Assembly (NCBI GenBank): GCA_024278595.1
Contig: JAJRSW010000061.1
Span: 4,225 to 68,224 of the forward strand
DNA from: Fidelibacterota bacterium
GTDB taxonomy: Bacteria > Fidelibacterota > UBA8477 > JABMPR01
DNA: 64,000 nt
Direction: 5' to 3'
In this document: positions 27,986-38,374 of the stretch, in pieces
Layout: each line of letters opens with the position of its first letter
Numbering within the stretch: the first letter of the stretch is position 1
The notes under the pieces: model-generated
Told to the model about the DNA's origin: nothing
Databases searched by the model: none
What the model saw: only the letters and a program-made list of their open reading frames with translations
Position numbers and translations under genes: made by a program

Positions 27986-28441
27986 ATGAAGTCAAGATTG
28001 CCAGTAATCACAGGACTTTCAGTCTGGCTGATATTGAGTCTGGGGCTAATTTTCAGATGTGATAGCCCCGGTGACCTTGAAGCCGTATCAGGGATTCAGG
28101 GCAGGATACAGATAAATGGTGTAATGCCGGATTCAATCAAAGCGGTAGCATTAGTTGTATTGTTGCCGGAGGCCATCAATGACCAGGAGCATATTGGAGC
28201 ATATTTAATCAATTATAGTGAGCCCCTGTACCGATCAGGAGCATATTATACGCAATTAAAGCCAGGACAGTACATGGGCATAATTGTTGGGCTTCTGGTA
28301 GATCCCGGAATATTCGCAGCAAATATTGACAGTTATCTGGAGAGTCCTGAGTTGCCCCTGGTGCAGTTGACTGAAGGTGTACATGCGTTTTTAATTCGCG
28401 AAAATGAAATGCAGGAAATAGATTGGGACATTGACTTTTAA
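27986..28441 (+). CDS. Hypothetical lipoprotein
   Basis: Signal peptide with an FRCD lipobox. 151 aa. No recognised domain. Confidence 0.5.
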   Translation: MKSRLPVITGLSVWLILSLGLIFRCDSPGDLEAVSGIQGRIQINGVMPDSIKAVALVVLLPEAINDQEHIGAYLINYSEPLYRSGAYYTQLKPGQYMGIIVGLLVDPGIFAANIDSYLESPELPLVQLTEGVHAFLIRENEMQEIDWDIDF

Positions 28442-28576
28442 CTTTATTAAATACCCATAAGCCACTGAAAATCAGCGCCTACTTTTGGTTTGTATGTTAA
28501 GCTTCATCAACTATCTTAGTTGGTCAAAATATTTTAATAGAGACACAAAAAGTCAATAAACAAAGGAGACATGTTT

Positions 28577-29161
28577 ATGAAATTGTTACTACGAATCACC
28601 CCAATGATCCTCGTTATTCTAGGTCTATTCTTTATGATTGGTTGTGAAGATACCGATGATGGAGACGTTGTTGTAGATCCCCTGGTAGGAACCTGGACAC
28701 TGAGTAATTTAGAGCAGTCGTCCTCTTACAGCATCTCTGGTGATGAATTTGCCGCATACGGTTTAACCGATGGCTACTCATTAGGATCCGGGGGTCTGGT
28801 CTGGGCTCAATTTTCAGCAATGGGTGTGAATGCGACGGTTGCTCTGCTTGAAGACGGAACTTTTACACTTGATGGTAGTTTTCCGATCAGCAGCGATACA
28901 CTTGGAGTTGCCCCCACGATTACACCACTTACTGATGCTGGTGTTTGGTCAGAAGATGTCACAGCTGGTACTCTGCTTATCGATGGTGCCTTTTACGACA
29001 TCGGTGGTGTTTTGACCCTAAGTGATGATGAGAACACAATCGCATTGGCTTACAGTAGTGTTTCTACTGACTCAGCGTACTTTTATGTAGAGGCTCTGGC
29101 TTCCTATCTTTACACTGCAGTTACGGACTCCAGTACAACCGAACTTGGATTTACCAAATAA
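28577..29161 (+). CDS. Hypothetical lipoprotein
   Basis: AGGAGA Shine-Dalgarno site. Signal peptide with an MIGCED lipobox. Thr/Ser/Gly-rich. A terminator lies at 29210-29242. Confidence 0.5.
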   Translation: MKLLLRITPMILVILGLFFMIGCEDTDDGDVVVDPLVGTWTLSNLEQSSSYSISGDEFAAYGLTDGYSLGSGGLVWAQFSAMGVNATVALLEDGTFTLDGSFPISSDTLGVAPTITPLTDAGVWSEDVTAGTLLIDGAFYDIGGVLTLSDDENTIALAYSSVSTDSAYFYVEALASYLYTAVTDSSTTELGFTK

Positions 29162-29209
29162 CAGACAATTTGATTACTGAAAAATAATTTCACAATTTAT
29201 TGTTTACAA

Positions 29210-29242
29210 CAAGCCGATTCATAGTGGATCGGCTTGTTTATT
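29210..29242 (+). terminator. Rho-independent terminator
   Basis: CAAGCCGAT(tcatagtgg)ATCGGCTTG 9-bp stem followed by TTTATT. Confidence 0.7.
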
Positions 29243-29259
29243 AAAAGGAGGATGACACG

Positions 29260-30564
29260 ATGAAGAAAATGATGGGCATGAGCTTGTTACTGCTGATGAC
29301 GATTCAAGTGTTTGCCGGAGGAATGGTGACCAATAGCAATCAGTCAGCTGAGTACATGCGTACGTTGAACCGGAATGCTTCTGTTGAGCTTGATGCGGTT
29401 TACTTCAACCCGGCTGCAGTTGCAACCCTGGATGAGGGTCTGCATTTGTATCTTAGTAATCAGACGATCTTTCAAACCAGGACAGTAGTTGCTGACTTCC
29501 CGACTTATAATAACGATACTTTTGAAGGCACTACCTTTGCACCGGCCTTCCCAAATCTGCACCTTGCCTATGTCATGGGAGCGATGGCTTTTTCCGGTAG
29601 TTTTCAACCTATTGGTGGTGGTGGCAGTGCTGAGTTTCCAGATGGCTTACCCGCATTTGAGAAGACGCTTGCCGGCTTTGCCCAGGGAACACCAGCAAGT
29701 CTACTCGATGCGGCTCTTGAACCATTTGGTACCATCAATGGATATTCTGTTGATGCTGCTTTTAATGGTTCATCACTATATCTCGGATTTCAAGGAAACT
29801 TTTCCTATGCCATTAGTGATATGATCCAGGCGGGGTTAGGTGTACGCTTTATTAGCGCCAAGAACACCTATGAGGGTGGCTTGGAAAACCTGACTTTGAA
29901 CACCAGTTCGGGAACCGATATCACTACGGCCATTGCCGGTGCTTTGCTTGCGGATAAATTTGTGGAAGCAGAGAAAACAGGAACGACCATGATCTATGTT
30001 GGTAGTCTCAATTTGAATCTATCTGAGGCACTGAACCTGTCACTTCGTTATGAGACCATGGGTGCCTTGGAGTTGACTAATTCAACCACTACAGATGATA
30101 TTGATATGTTCCCAGACGGCGCGGTCTCAAATGCTGATATTCCAGCTCAGGCTTCGCTGGGAGTCGGGTGGCAGCAAGATATGATGCGTGTTGAGTTGAG
30201 TGCTGACTACTGGTTCAACACGGATGTGAACTGGGATGGACAGGAAGATAAGGTCAGTAACAATTTTGAGGCAGGTATCGGCGTTGAATACGGGCTGAGT
30301 GAATCACTGGTTGTCAGTGGTGGCTATCTATATGCTGAGACTGGTGCTACAGATGAATATCAATCAGATCTAAGTTATAGCTTAAGCTCAAATACAGTTG
30401 CAATTGGAGGAAAGTACATTCTTTCAGATAAGAAATATGTCAGTTTTGGTTTATTCGACACTTTCTATGAAGATGGTAAGAACTATGCTCCGATCCCCAA
30501 GAATCAGGAATACTACAGCAAAACTTCAATTGGTTTCGCTCTGGGATATTCCCATAGTTTCTAA
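29260..30564 (+). CDS. FadL/TodX/OMPP1-family outer-membrane transporter for hydrophobic compounds
   Basis: Signal peptide. The FNPAAVATL motif (family NPAG motif). 434 aa. Terminal ...GYSHSF with C-terminal Phe. Confidence 0.65.
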   Translation: MKKMMGMSLLLLMTIQVFAGGMVTNSNQSAEYMRTLNRNASVELDAVYFNPAAVATLDEGLHLYLSNQTIFQTRTVVADFPTYNNDTFEGTTFAPAFPNLHLAYVMGAMAFSGSFQPIGGGGSAEFPDGLPAFEKTLAGFAQGTPASLLDAALEPFGTINGYSVDAAFNGSSLYLGFQGNFSYAISDMIQAGLGVRFISAKNTYEGGLENLTLNTSSGTDITTAIAGALLADKFVEAEKTGTTMIYVGSLNLNLSEALNLSLRYETMGALELTNSTTTDDIDMFPDGAVSNADIPAQASLGVGWQQDMMRVELSADYWFNTDVNWDGQEDKVSNNFEAGIGVEYGLSESLVVSGGYLYAETGATDEYQSDLSYSLSSNTVAIGGKYILSDKKYVSFGLFDTFYEDGKNYAPIPKNQEYYSKTSIGFALGYSHSF

Positions 30565-30588
30565 CTCTATTTGATTAATTCTTTAAAA

Positions 30589-30619
30589 AAGGCCGGATCG
30601 TTTCCGGCCTTTTTTATTT
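30589..30619. terminator. Rho-independent (bidirectional-looking) terminator
   Basis: AAAAAA GGCCGGA(tcgtt)TCCGGCC TTTTTTATTT. Confidence 0.8.
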
Positions 30620-30886
30620 CAACCACCTCTACAGAATAGGTACATTTATTTTTCAGGTATTCGCGTGAGTTGAGCGGAAGAGCCGTATGAGGAAAATTTT
30701 CAAGTACGGTTCTGTGAGAGGCCTGTGCCATCAGGTTGTCTGGCCTACTCCCCATTAGTGAGGCTGGAGGATCGGTTCAGAAAACATCATTCCGACCGAT
30801 TTCAAGTATTGCCGGTAAAATGAAAACAGTTTTATAAATCACTGTGCTAAATACTTTATCACATCGAAAAATTAAGGGAGAACAAC

Positions 30887-32269
30887 ATGAAACGCACCCT
30901 CCAAATTGGCTTATGCTTGATATTTACTTTTGGCTTTGCTCAGGAATTCAAAGCCTTATCCTCCAGTAATGTTTTAACCTATGCTAAAACCTTTGAGCTG
31001 GATGACACAAATATTGCCCGGCAGAACGCCCTGGCCAATAACAGTATTCGCTCACTTTCCATTGACCAGGCCACCCGTATTAAACAGCAGCATCTATTCT
31101 CCCATAAGATTGAGGTCAAAGGCATTAGCAATCAAAAAAGTAGTGGACGCTGTTGGCTGTTTGCCGGATTAAATATTCTGCGCCCGACTATGATCGATCG
31201 CTATGACCTGGAGGATTTTGAATTCTCGCAGAACTTCCTGTTCTTTTATGATAAACTTGAGAAATCTAATCTTTTTCTCAACCAAATGATTCTCATGCGC
31301 GAAAGAGACATCCATGATCGGGAGTTGGAATTTTTACTGGATTCACCCATCGGTGATGGGGGCCAATGGAATATGGTGGTGGACCTGGTGGCAAAATATG
31401 GACTGGTGCCCATGACTGCCATGCCTGAAACCTTTGCCAGTTCAAACACTGGTGACATGAACCGCCTGCTGCGTAAACGCCTGCGCAAAGCTGCCGCTGC
31501 CATTCGCAGTGCTGATGCTCCAGCCAAACGCGTTGCCATTCATCAAAAGACCATGACCGATATTTACCGGATCCTGGCTTTGTCCCTGGGACAGCCACCT
31601 CAGACATTTACCTGGCAGTATGAAGATGAAGACAAAAAATTGAGTAAAATTAAAACTTATACTCCGGCCCGGTTCAGGGATGATGTGGTCAAACAGGACT
31701 TGTCTGATTACATCTATCTGTTGCAGAATCCCACCAAGGAATATTATCAGACCTACAGTATCAGTCTGGATCGCGATATGATCGAAAAGCCTGATATGTC
31801 AGTGTTAAACCTGCCCCTCGATGCCATCAAGGCTCAAACTCTGAAGGCTGTTTTGGATGATGAGCCCGTTTGGTTCGCCTGTGATGTGGGTCAGGAACAT
31901 CTGGGTTCTGATGGACTCATGGTGCGGGGTATTTATGATTATGAGGCTCTGCTGGGTGTAGATTTCGGGTTGAGCAAAAGTGAGCAGATCCTCTATGGCG
32001 AATCAATTCCAACCCACGCCATGGTATTTGTGGGCGTGGATGTGGTTGATAAGCAAGCCAGACAATGGAAGGTCGAGAATTCCTGGGGCAAGGATCGGGG
32101 AAAAGACGGCTATTGGCTCATGGATAATGCCTGGTTTGATCAATACCTCTATGGTGTGATCCTGCCAAAAAAATATCTGGATAAAAAGACACTGGCAGCA
32201 TTGGATAAAAAACCCATCGTCCTGCCCCCCTGGGATGCCATGTACAATATGCTCCGTGGACCAGAATAA
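30887..32269 (+). CDS. pepC: Aminopeptidase C (bleomycin hydrolase, peptidase family C1B)
   Basis: SSGRCWLFAG catalytic Cys motif. 460 aa. Full-length PepC-like. Confidence 0.85.
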   Translation: MKRTLQIGLCLIFTFGFAQEFKALSSSNVLTYAKTFELDDTNIARQNALANNSIRSLSIDQATRIKQQHLFSHKIEVKGISNQKSSGRCWLFAGLNILRPTMIDRYDLEDFEFSQNFLFFYDKLEKSNLFLNQMILMRERDIHDRELEFLLDSPIGDGGQWNMVVDLVAKYGLVPMTAMPETFASSNTGDMNRLLRKRLRKAAAAIRSADAPAKRVAIHQKTMTDIYRILALSLGQPPQTFTWQYEDEDKKLSKIKTYTPARFRDDVVKQDLSDYIYLLQNPTKEYYQTYSISLDRDMIEKPDMSVLNLPLDAIKAQTLKAVLDDEPVWFACDVGQEHLGSDGLMVRGIYDYEALLGVDFGLSKSEQILYGESIPTHAMVFVGVDVVDKQARQWKVENSWGKDRGKDGYWLMDNAWFDQYLYGVILPKKYLDKKTLAALDKKPIVLPPWDAMYNMLRGPE

Positions 32270-32286
32270 TCATTCTGAGCTGAATC

Positions 32287-33021
32287 ATGGATCAGGCAGT
32301 TAAAACACTGCTTGAAAATCGCGAGCTGGGAGCTTCTGCCCTGCTGGCTGAATTCTCAAACCTGTTACCTGGTCTAGACGAAGCAGAATTGTTTGAATCT
32401 GTGACAGCCCTCAAACAAGCTTTCCCACTCATGGCCGTTTGGCATTTTGCGGAACAATATTTCCAGCAGCATCCACTGGAACCCGGGTCAATTCAGACCT
32501 TCAAAAAGTTGATCAAGGCTGAAAAAGAGCAGGTCCTTCAACGCGCACTCACGCGGCTGAGCTCTTGCCAAACAATCTTAACGGTTAGTCGCAGTTCCCT
32601 GGTGGAACAATATATCCTGCGCAACAGCAGACTGACCCCTACCACAGTGATCTGTTCTGAAAGTCTACCTGGCAGAGAGGGGCTGGCTTTAACTGAAAAA
32701 CTGCAGCACCTGGATATTCATACGACCTGTGTGAAAGACTGGGAGATCCTGGACAAAATTGGATCGGTCGATGCAATTTTAATCGGGGCTGACTGGGTAT
32801 TCGAACAGCAGATCATCAATAAGTGGGGCACATTGGAAATTGTCATGCGGGCTCAGCACCTGGACAAACCGGTCTATGTCCTGGCTGAATCATTCAAGTA
32901 TATCCATGGGCTTGAGCCATCCCTGGCTGCGTTTTATCAGGACTGGTCGAGAGATTATACAAAACGGCGTATTCAGGTCTTTGAGATCATTCCACGATCT
33001 TCGACCATAACTTTAATTTGA
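32287..33021 (+). CDS. eIF-2B alpha/beta/delta-like (IF-2B family) protein, short form
   Basis: TILTVSRSS...VICSESLPGREG...VDAILIGADWVFEQQIINKWGTLEIVMRAQHLDKPVYVLAESFKY follows the IF-2B/MtnA pattern (T.SNS...E.RP..EG...D.V..GAD.V...G...NK.GT...A..A......YV.AE..K). Confidence 0.55.
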   Translation: MDQAVKTLLENRELGASALLAEFSNLLPGLDEAELFESVTALKQAFPLMAVWHFAEQYFQQHPLEPGSIQTFKKLIKAEKEQVLQRALTRLSSCQTILTVSRSSLVEQYILRNSRLTPTTVICSESLPGREGLALTEKLQHLDIHTTCVKDWEILDKIGSVDAILIGADWVFEQQIINKWGTLEIVMRAQHLDKPVYVLAESFKYIHGLEPSLAAFYQDWSRDYTKRRIQVFEIIPRSSTITLI

Positions 33022-33057
33022 AATTGAAGAATTAGCTGGAGGTGGAGAGCTCGACGC

Positions 33058-34128
33058 TTAATCGATGCGTTTACCAGTTTCCAGATCAAAAAAGTGGTAA
33101 TCCTCAGGTTCTGCGTAAAGATTGAGCTGGGTTCCGATCTTACGCGGAACATTATCTGCCACGCGGGCGATGAAGGAATCCAGGCCAGTATCACAATACA
33201 GGTAGGACTCATTCCCCATGAGCTCACTGACATCCAGAGTTGCCGGGATGCTGGCGTAGGTGTCCATGAGTTTTAAATGTTCCGGTCGAATGCCCAGGTG
33301 AATTTTCATACCATCCATGGTCTTTAAGATTGCCGGATGAATATCTTTGATGGGGAGAGTGAATTTAGCGTTTACCAGATTTTCCTTTTGAACTTCAACT
33401 TCAAAGAAATTCATGGCAGGGGATCCGATAAAACTGCCGACGAAATGATTGTCGGGTCGCTTATAGATCTTTAAGGGTTCCTCGGCCTGCATGATATAAC
33501 CATCCTTCATTACCACGATACGATCACCCATGGTCATGGCCTCGATCTGGTCGTGGGTTACGTATATCATGGTCGTCTTCAATTTGGCATGCAGTTTCTT
33601 GATCTCGGTCCTCATTTGAACGCGGAGCTTGGCATCCAGGTTTGAAAGCGGTTCATCAAACAAAAAAACAGCCGGTTTGCGGACAATTGCCCGACCCACA
33701 GCCACCCGCTGACGCTGGCCACCAGACAACTCTTTGGGGCGTCGATGGAGATATTCCTGAACGCTGAGCACTTCAGCCGCCTCTTCCACCCGTTCCTTGA
33801 TCTCCTGGTCGGAATATTTCCGTAGTCGCAATCCAAAAGCCATGTTCTCGTAAACATTCATATGCGGGTAGAGGGCGTAATTTTGGAAAACCATGGCAAT
33901 ATCACGATTTTTTGGCTCAACATCATTCACCCGGGTATCGCCAATGTAAACATCTCCACCACTAGCCTCTTCAAGACCAGCGATAATTCGTAAGGTCGTA
34001 GATTTGCCACAACCCGAGGGACCGACCAATACAGCAAACTCGCCATCCTGGATCTCAAGATCGATCCCATGGAGAATCTGAGTGGTCCCGTAAAATTTAT
34101 CCAGGTTTTTAAGAGTTACTTGAGCCAT
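33058..34128 (-). CDS. ABC transporter ATP-binding protein of the MalK/UgpC/MsmK (sugar import) type, with no adjacent permease genes
   Basis: GPSGCGKST Walker A, LSGGQRQRVAVGRA signature, and a C-terminal TOBE-like domain. Confidence 0.85.
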   Translation of the reverse strand: MAQVTLKNLDKFYGTTQILHGIDLEIQDGEFAVLVGPSGCGKSTTLRIIAGLEEASGGDVYIGDTRVNDVEPKNRDIAMVFQNYALYPHMNVYENMAFGLRLRKYSDQEIKERVEEAAEVLSVQEYLHRRPKELSGGQRQRVAVGRAIVRKPAVFLFDEPLSNLDAKLRVQMRTEIKKLHAKLKTTMIYVTHDQIEAMTMGDRIVVMKDGYIMQAEEPLKIYKRPDNHFVGSFIGSPAMNFFEVEVQKENLVNAKFTLPIKDIHPAILKTMDGMKIHLGIRPEHLKLMDTYASIPATLDVSELMGNESYLYCDTGLDSFIARVADNVPRKIGTQLNLYAEPEDYHFFDLETGKRID

Positions 34129-34149
34129 GACAGATTCCTTTCAAAAGAT

Positions 34150-34764
34150 TTAGGTCATACACCAGCTGACATCACCCTGACCTTCACGAATAACCACTGG
34201 ATAGCCATCATCTGTCATATCGATCACAGAAGAAAGATCTGACCAGGTAGGTCCTGAATCTAAAATCAGATCCACCTTTCCTTCATAGAATTCAGAAAAT
34301 TCCTGCGGATCGCTGGCAAAGCTTGTTTCGCTGATGTTCACGCTGGTAGAGATGATGGGGTTACCCAATGCAGATACGATAGCCAGGGTTAGGGCGTGGT
34401 CCGGGATACGAACCCCAACAGTTTTCTGGCGGGAAATTAGAACCTTTGGTGCTTCTCGGGTTCCCGGCAGGATAAACGTATAGGGGCCCGGTAGGCATCT
34501 GTGCAGATCACGATAATGTGCTGTAGATATCTTGGCATACTTTGAGATATCTTTGATATCCGAACAGACAAAACTCAAGGGCTTTTGCTTCTCCATCCCC
34601 TTCACCCGATAGATCCGTTCAATGGCCGCTTTTTGAGTGATATCACAGCCAATGCCATACACCGTATCAGTGGGATAGATGATCAATCCGCCATTTTTAA
34701 GAATATTAACCGCTTGCTCAACCGCCTGAGTGTTTAGGGTCGTTCCATGTAATTCAATTCTCAT
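34150..34764 (-). CDS. tsaC: L-threonylcarbamoyladenylate synthase (TsaC/YrdC family)
   Basis: GGLIIYPTDTVYGIGCD motif. 204 aa. Confidence 0.85.
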   Translation of the reverse strand: MRIELHGTTLNTQAVEQAVNILKNGGLIIYPTDTVYGIGCDITQKAAIERIYRVKGMEKQKPLSFVCSDIKDISKYAKISTAHYRDLHRCLPGPYTFILPGTREAPKVLISRQKTVGVRIPDHALTLAIVSALGNPIISTSVNISETSFASDPQEFSEFYEGKVDLILDSGPTWSDLSSVIDMTDDGYPVVIREGQGDVSWCMT

Positions 34765-35615
34765 TGTATCAGAAAGTCCTTGATCAGCGTCATACTGGCA
34801 GCTGGTTTCTCAAAGGGGAAAAGATGTCCTCCGTCAATACTTTTGACAACATGATTTCCGGTCAGTTTCTTAAGACGCTGGAACCCGCGTTGGTTAACCG
34901 TGTCGGAGTGTTTACCGATGATAAAAAGCGCTGGTACAGGAAGTCTCTTTGGGAAACGCCAGGCTTTTAAGGGTAGGGATTGGTAGATGCTGGACTCTAG
35001 CTGAGGTGCACAGGAAAGTTGGTATTGACCACTGGCCGTGGCATGCAGACAGGTATTGACATAGGCCTCCAGGAAGCGGGGTTCCCAGTGAGAAAAGACT
35101 TTCTTCCTGGAATAGTGTTTTAGGGCTTCGTCGCGGGAAGCAAACAGCCATCTCCGACGATTGGCAGCTTTCGCCAGGGGTATCAGTTGGGTCAGGGAGG
35201 TGAACTTTAGTCCATACATGATCCAGAGAATGGGTTTAGGGAGTAGTACAGGATCCAAGAGGACGATGTTGGAGAACCATTGGGGGCGCTTGATAGCCAT
35301 GAGCATGATCACAATTCCGCCAATGGAGTGACCCATCCCGATGAGCGGGGTGGGAGGAGGCTCTTTTTCAAGCTGCTTGATAAAGTGATCTGCCAGATCG
35401 GCCCAGTCCTGGATCCGGCCAAACCAGCGTGAATCTCCATGCCCGGGAAGATCCGGGCTCCAAACTTCATAGTCCGCCCTCAGGGGTTCCAGAAAAGCCT
35501 GGTAGAGCTTTGCAGAATAACTGTTTGCGTGCAGGAAGAGAACAACACCTTGGTGTGCTCGACCCTGGGGATTCCAGGCAACTTGGGAAGGAAAGCAGGT
35601 TCTCATAAGGCTCAA
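34761..35615 (-). CDS. Alpha/beta-fold hydrolase
   Basis: PDLPGHGDSRW and GMGHSIGG (GxSxG) motifs. Confidence 0.7.
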   Translation of the reverse strand: MSLMRTCFPSQVAWNPQGRAHQGVVLFLHANSYSAKLYQAFLEPLRADYEVWSPDLPGHGDSRWFGRIQDWADLADHFIKQLEKEPPPTPLIGMGHSIGGIVIMLMAIKRPQWFSNIVLLDPVLLPKPILWIMYGLKFTSLTQLIPLAKAANRRRWLFASRDEALKHYSRKKVFSHWEPRFLEAYVNTCLHATASGQYQLSCAPQLESSIYQSLPLKAWRFPKRLPVPALFIIGKHSDTVNQRGFQRLKKLTGNHVVKSIDGGHLFPFEKPAASMTLIKDFLIQ

Positions 35616-35790
35616 CTTAAGGTGAATGTTAGTCTTAGGAAGGGAAAAGAGTTTGTCGTCTAGGCCGGGTCACTCTTCGACCGTCGCCACGCTGGCTCAG
35701 AGACACACATCAGCTACTCTGCACGCTTGGTGTATCGGGTTTAGGGGATGATACGCTTGCTGACAGTTTAAAGCAGGTTAAATTGGATCA

Positions 35791-36702
35791 ATGTTATCCC
35801 AGGCCCAATATCTACTGCGTTTGATGGCTCTCGTGATGGTCACTTTTGTGGCCTGCGAGGCAATTCCTGTTGATGAAAGAATCCCAGGTGAGGATGAGGT
35901 CATTGAATCCTGGGCTTTTGAGTTGAGAGAAGCTCCTGATTCAAGTTTGGATGGTAACGCCTTCGCAATCTCAATTCAAACCCTTGAGCTGGAAGCACGA
36001 GAGGCTGCCATTTATGCCGAGATCGCCAGGGGGAACTGGCCAGATTTTCTGCGGGCTGACCCCGTAGCGATCCAGTTTTCTGAAACCATCGAAGACAGCA
36101 GCTATGAAGTGGTCTTCTATGTGATGCCCGAGTATCTTTCCATTGGCCGGGACAGTGCCTATTTCCGCATGCCAATGACGCCCATACTGGCCCAAAGAAT
36201 CATGGATCTTGTCGGGGGAATTTTACCAACCCGGAAAATGGTGGACTATATCTGGGAATCCTCAAGTGTCCAACTAGAACCACTGCCCATTGCCCCCAGC
36301 TCAGCAATGACCAGCATGCTCGTTTTCAGTCAGCACAATAACATGGTTCAATACTACCGCAATGCTCTGCTAGCCGATTTCCCCCTGGGTCAGCTGGTGA
36401 GCGGCCACAAGAAGGATGTTATTCTGTCGAATAGAATCCAGTCAAATCCAGGCAAGGTAGTGATCTATGGCTGGCATTATCCCAATGGAACACCAATTCA
36501 ACCCCTCTACAGCGGCCATGTGAATTGGTACACCGATTATAGTCATGGTATCCGGGCGGTTCTGGCCAAGTGCCAGGTGAATGGTAGATCGATGCAGATC
36601 TCCGAAGTATTAAGCGATAGCCTGCTCTACCAGCTATTGAGTGATGAATCCGAACCGATGGCGCAAACCCGGTATGATACTTCAGCTTCGAATTACCCTT
36701 AG
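35791..36702 (+). CDS. Hypothetical lipoprotein; the ORF ends ...SNYP* exactly where a T9SS C-terminal sorting domain would begin
   Basis: Signal peptide with a TFVAC lipobox. 303 aa. See the pseudogene feature immediately downstream. Confidence 0.55.
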   Translation: MLSQAQYLLRLMALVMVTFVACEAIPVDERIPGEDEVIESWAFELREAPDSSLDGNAFAISIQTLELEAREAAIYAEIARGNWPDFLRADPVAIQFSETIEDSSYEVVFYVMPEYLSIGRDSAYFRMPMTPILAQRIMDLVGGILPTRKMVDYIWESSSVQLEPLPIAPSSAMTSMLVFSQHNNMVQYYRNALLADFPLGQLVSGHKKDVILSNRIQSNPGKVVIYGWHYPNGTPIQPLYSGHVNWYTDYSHGIRAVLAKCQVNGRSMQISEVLSDSLLYQLLSDESEPMAQTRYDTSASNYP

Positions 36703-36995
36703 AGCCAACCATATATTTAAAGCATAGATCACATCACCAGCAAGGGGTGGAGATCGTTGACATCAGCCAGCCACAATCAATCTCTCAAATAATCAATATA
36801 TCATTGATGATGGACCAACAGGTGAATTTGAGTGTGTTGGATATACGAGGCCGGTTGGTGCAGTAATTAATGACCAATGAACCTTTATCAGCAGGACAGC
36901 ATCAAGTCAGGCTTAATGGTGAAAGATGCTACTCGGGAGTTTTCTCTGTCTTGCTGGAGACCGGACAGGATCGACATGTCCAGAAAATTGTGAAA
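36703..36995 (+). pseudogene. Degraded T9SS (Por secretion) C-terminal sorting domain, disrupted by a stop codon and two frameshifts
   Basis: Downstream of NYP-stop, alternate frames read ...VNLSVLDIRGRLVQ* and then MTNEPLSAGQHQVRLNGERCYSGVFSVLLETGQDRHVQKIVKLR*. These match the conserved V.L.VYD..GR.V / G.H.V.W.G.D...SGVY / ...K.LL pattern of the TIGR04183 CTD. Confidence 0.55.
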
Positions 36996-37057
36996 CTGCG
37001 CTAAGCTGTTATGATCATGAGTCTAAGGCTTAAGTGATTCTGCCTGTTTAAAGGCGG

Positions 37058-37921
37058 TTAATAATCCTGAAAGTGTGAGACTATAAAATCAATTGATTCG
37101 GCAACATGGGCTTTCCAGAAGGTGTGGGTGTGGGCACCTTCCTCCTCCTGTAGTCTGGCCGAATAACCCAGGCGTTCCAGTTGATGGGCAATAGCTTGAT
37201 TCTCTGCAAAAGCAAAATCATCGTAGCCACAAATCAGTAGGAGGTCCGGACCCTGACGAGGCACTGGTCTTTGAGCCAGATGTAAGGGATTGTGGGCTTC
37301 CCAGTTGTCACGATTCTCAGAATAGGGTCCTAAAGCTTTAATGAGACCCCAGCTGTCTTGATGACGGGTAATGTCCAGAACACCACTCAAACTGACTGCG
37401 GCGGCATAGTCCTTCGGATGCACCAGGGCCTGGTAAAAAGCACCAAAACCACCCATACTCAAGCCCAGAATACCGTGTTGGCTTGCTTTTGTTGAGCCAT
37501 TGAATTGCAGAACCATCCAGATCGTGAGTTCTTGATGAATGTGGGTGGCATAGTTACGTCCCTGGTCAAGATCAGTATCGATCCACCAGCCATCGTAACC
37601 ACCGTCTGGAAGAACCAACAGGATATCATAGAGATCACTCAAAGCTTGCAGATCAGCATTATCCTGCCACTGAGTCTCGTCGCCACTATAGCCGTGGAGC
37701 ATGACAATAAAAGGATACCCGCCCTTTTTATAGGGATCAAAGGTTTGCGGTGTGGCGACAATGATCCGATTGCTGTCCGCCAGGGCCATGGATGGAATCT
37801 TTAGCGAGTGGATCTTCCCATAACTTGTACTGAAACTGAGTGTAAGGGTTAGGAGGATCCATAAATAACGGGGGAAATTGGCTTGTTTTTTCATGAGCTG
37901 AATATGAGAAGAGGTGGACAA
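37058..37921 (-). CDS. Secreted esterase (putative esterase family PF00756-like, alpha/beta hydrolase)
   Basis: Signal peptide. FIVMLHGYSGDETQW and GLSMGGFGA (GxSxG) motifs. Confidence 0.7.
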   Translation of the reverse strand: MSTSSHIQLMKKQANFPRYLWILLTLTLSFSTSYGKIHSLKIPSMALADSNRIIVATPQTFDPYKKGGYPFIVMLHGYSGDETQWQDNADLQALSDLYDILLVLPDGGYDGWWIDTDLDQGRNYATHIHQELTIWMVLQFNGSTKASQHGILGLSMGGFGAFYQALVHPKDYAAAVSLSGVLDITRHQDSWGLIKALGPYSENRDNWEAHNPLHLAQRPVPRQGPDLLLICGYDDFAFAENQAIAHQLERLGYSARLQEEEGAHTHTFWKAHVAESIDFIVSHFQDY

Positions 37922-38374
37922 CTTTCAAAGTGGTTAATAGTGTCAAGGGTGGTGATGCCAGTGAAAGATCACTTTATTTAAGTTTTATCTGTAGCGATCC
38001 AGCTTAAACTAATATCCCTTATTGTTGATGTTAACCTGTATTATTCATGAATTATTGCCACGAATACACTAAGCCACTAAGATTATTAAAGTTATGAACA
38101 AGGTCATTTTAAACAGAATTATTTGCATCTGTGAGGGATAATTTTTGCTAAGCATGAATTTTTTAAAACTTTGGGCCTTCGTGACTTCGTGGCTATGGAT
38201 TATTTAGGTTAATTGGCTTACGCTTCTATTTACCAAGAAAGCAGGAAACTTCGCTTATGGCTGACTCCCGATCTGATTGTTTTATCCCATGTCGTCAGTT
38301 TGAAGATAGCGAGACCTTAAGTTTAGCACAGTTTTCGGGCTATCTTACTTCCTATATGCCGGATAGATACTGAT

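Noticed and set aside
37922-38374. AT-rich 450-bp region upstream of the APC permease, considered as a possible amino-acid riboswitch
   Set aside because: No lysine, glycine or T-box consensus elements are recognisable. It is most likely promoter/UTR.
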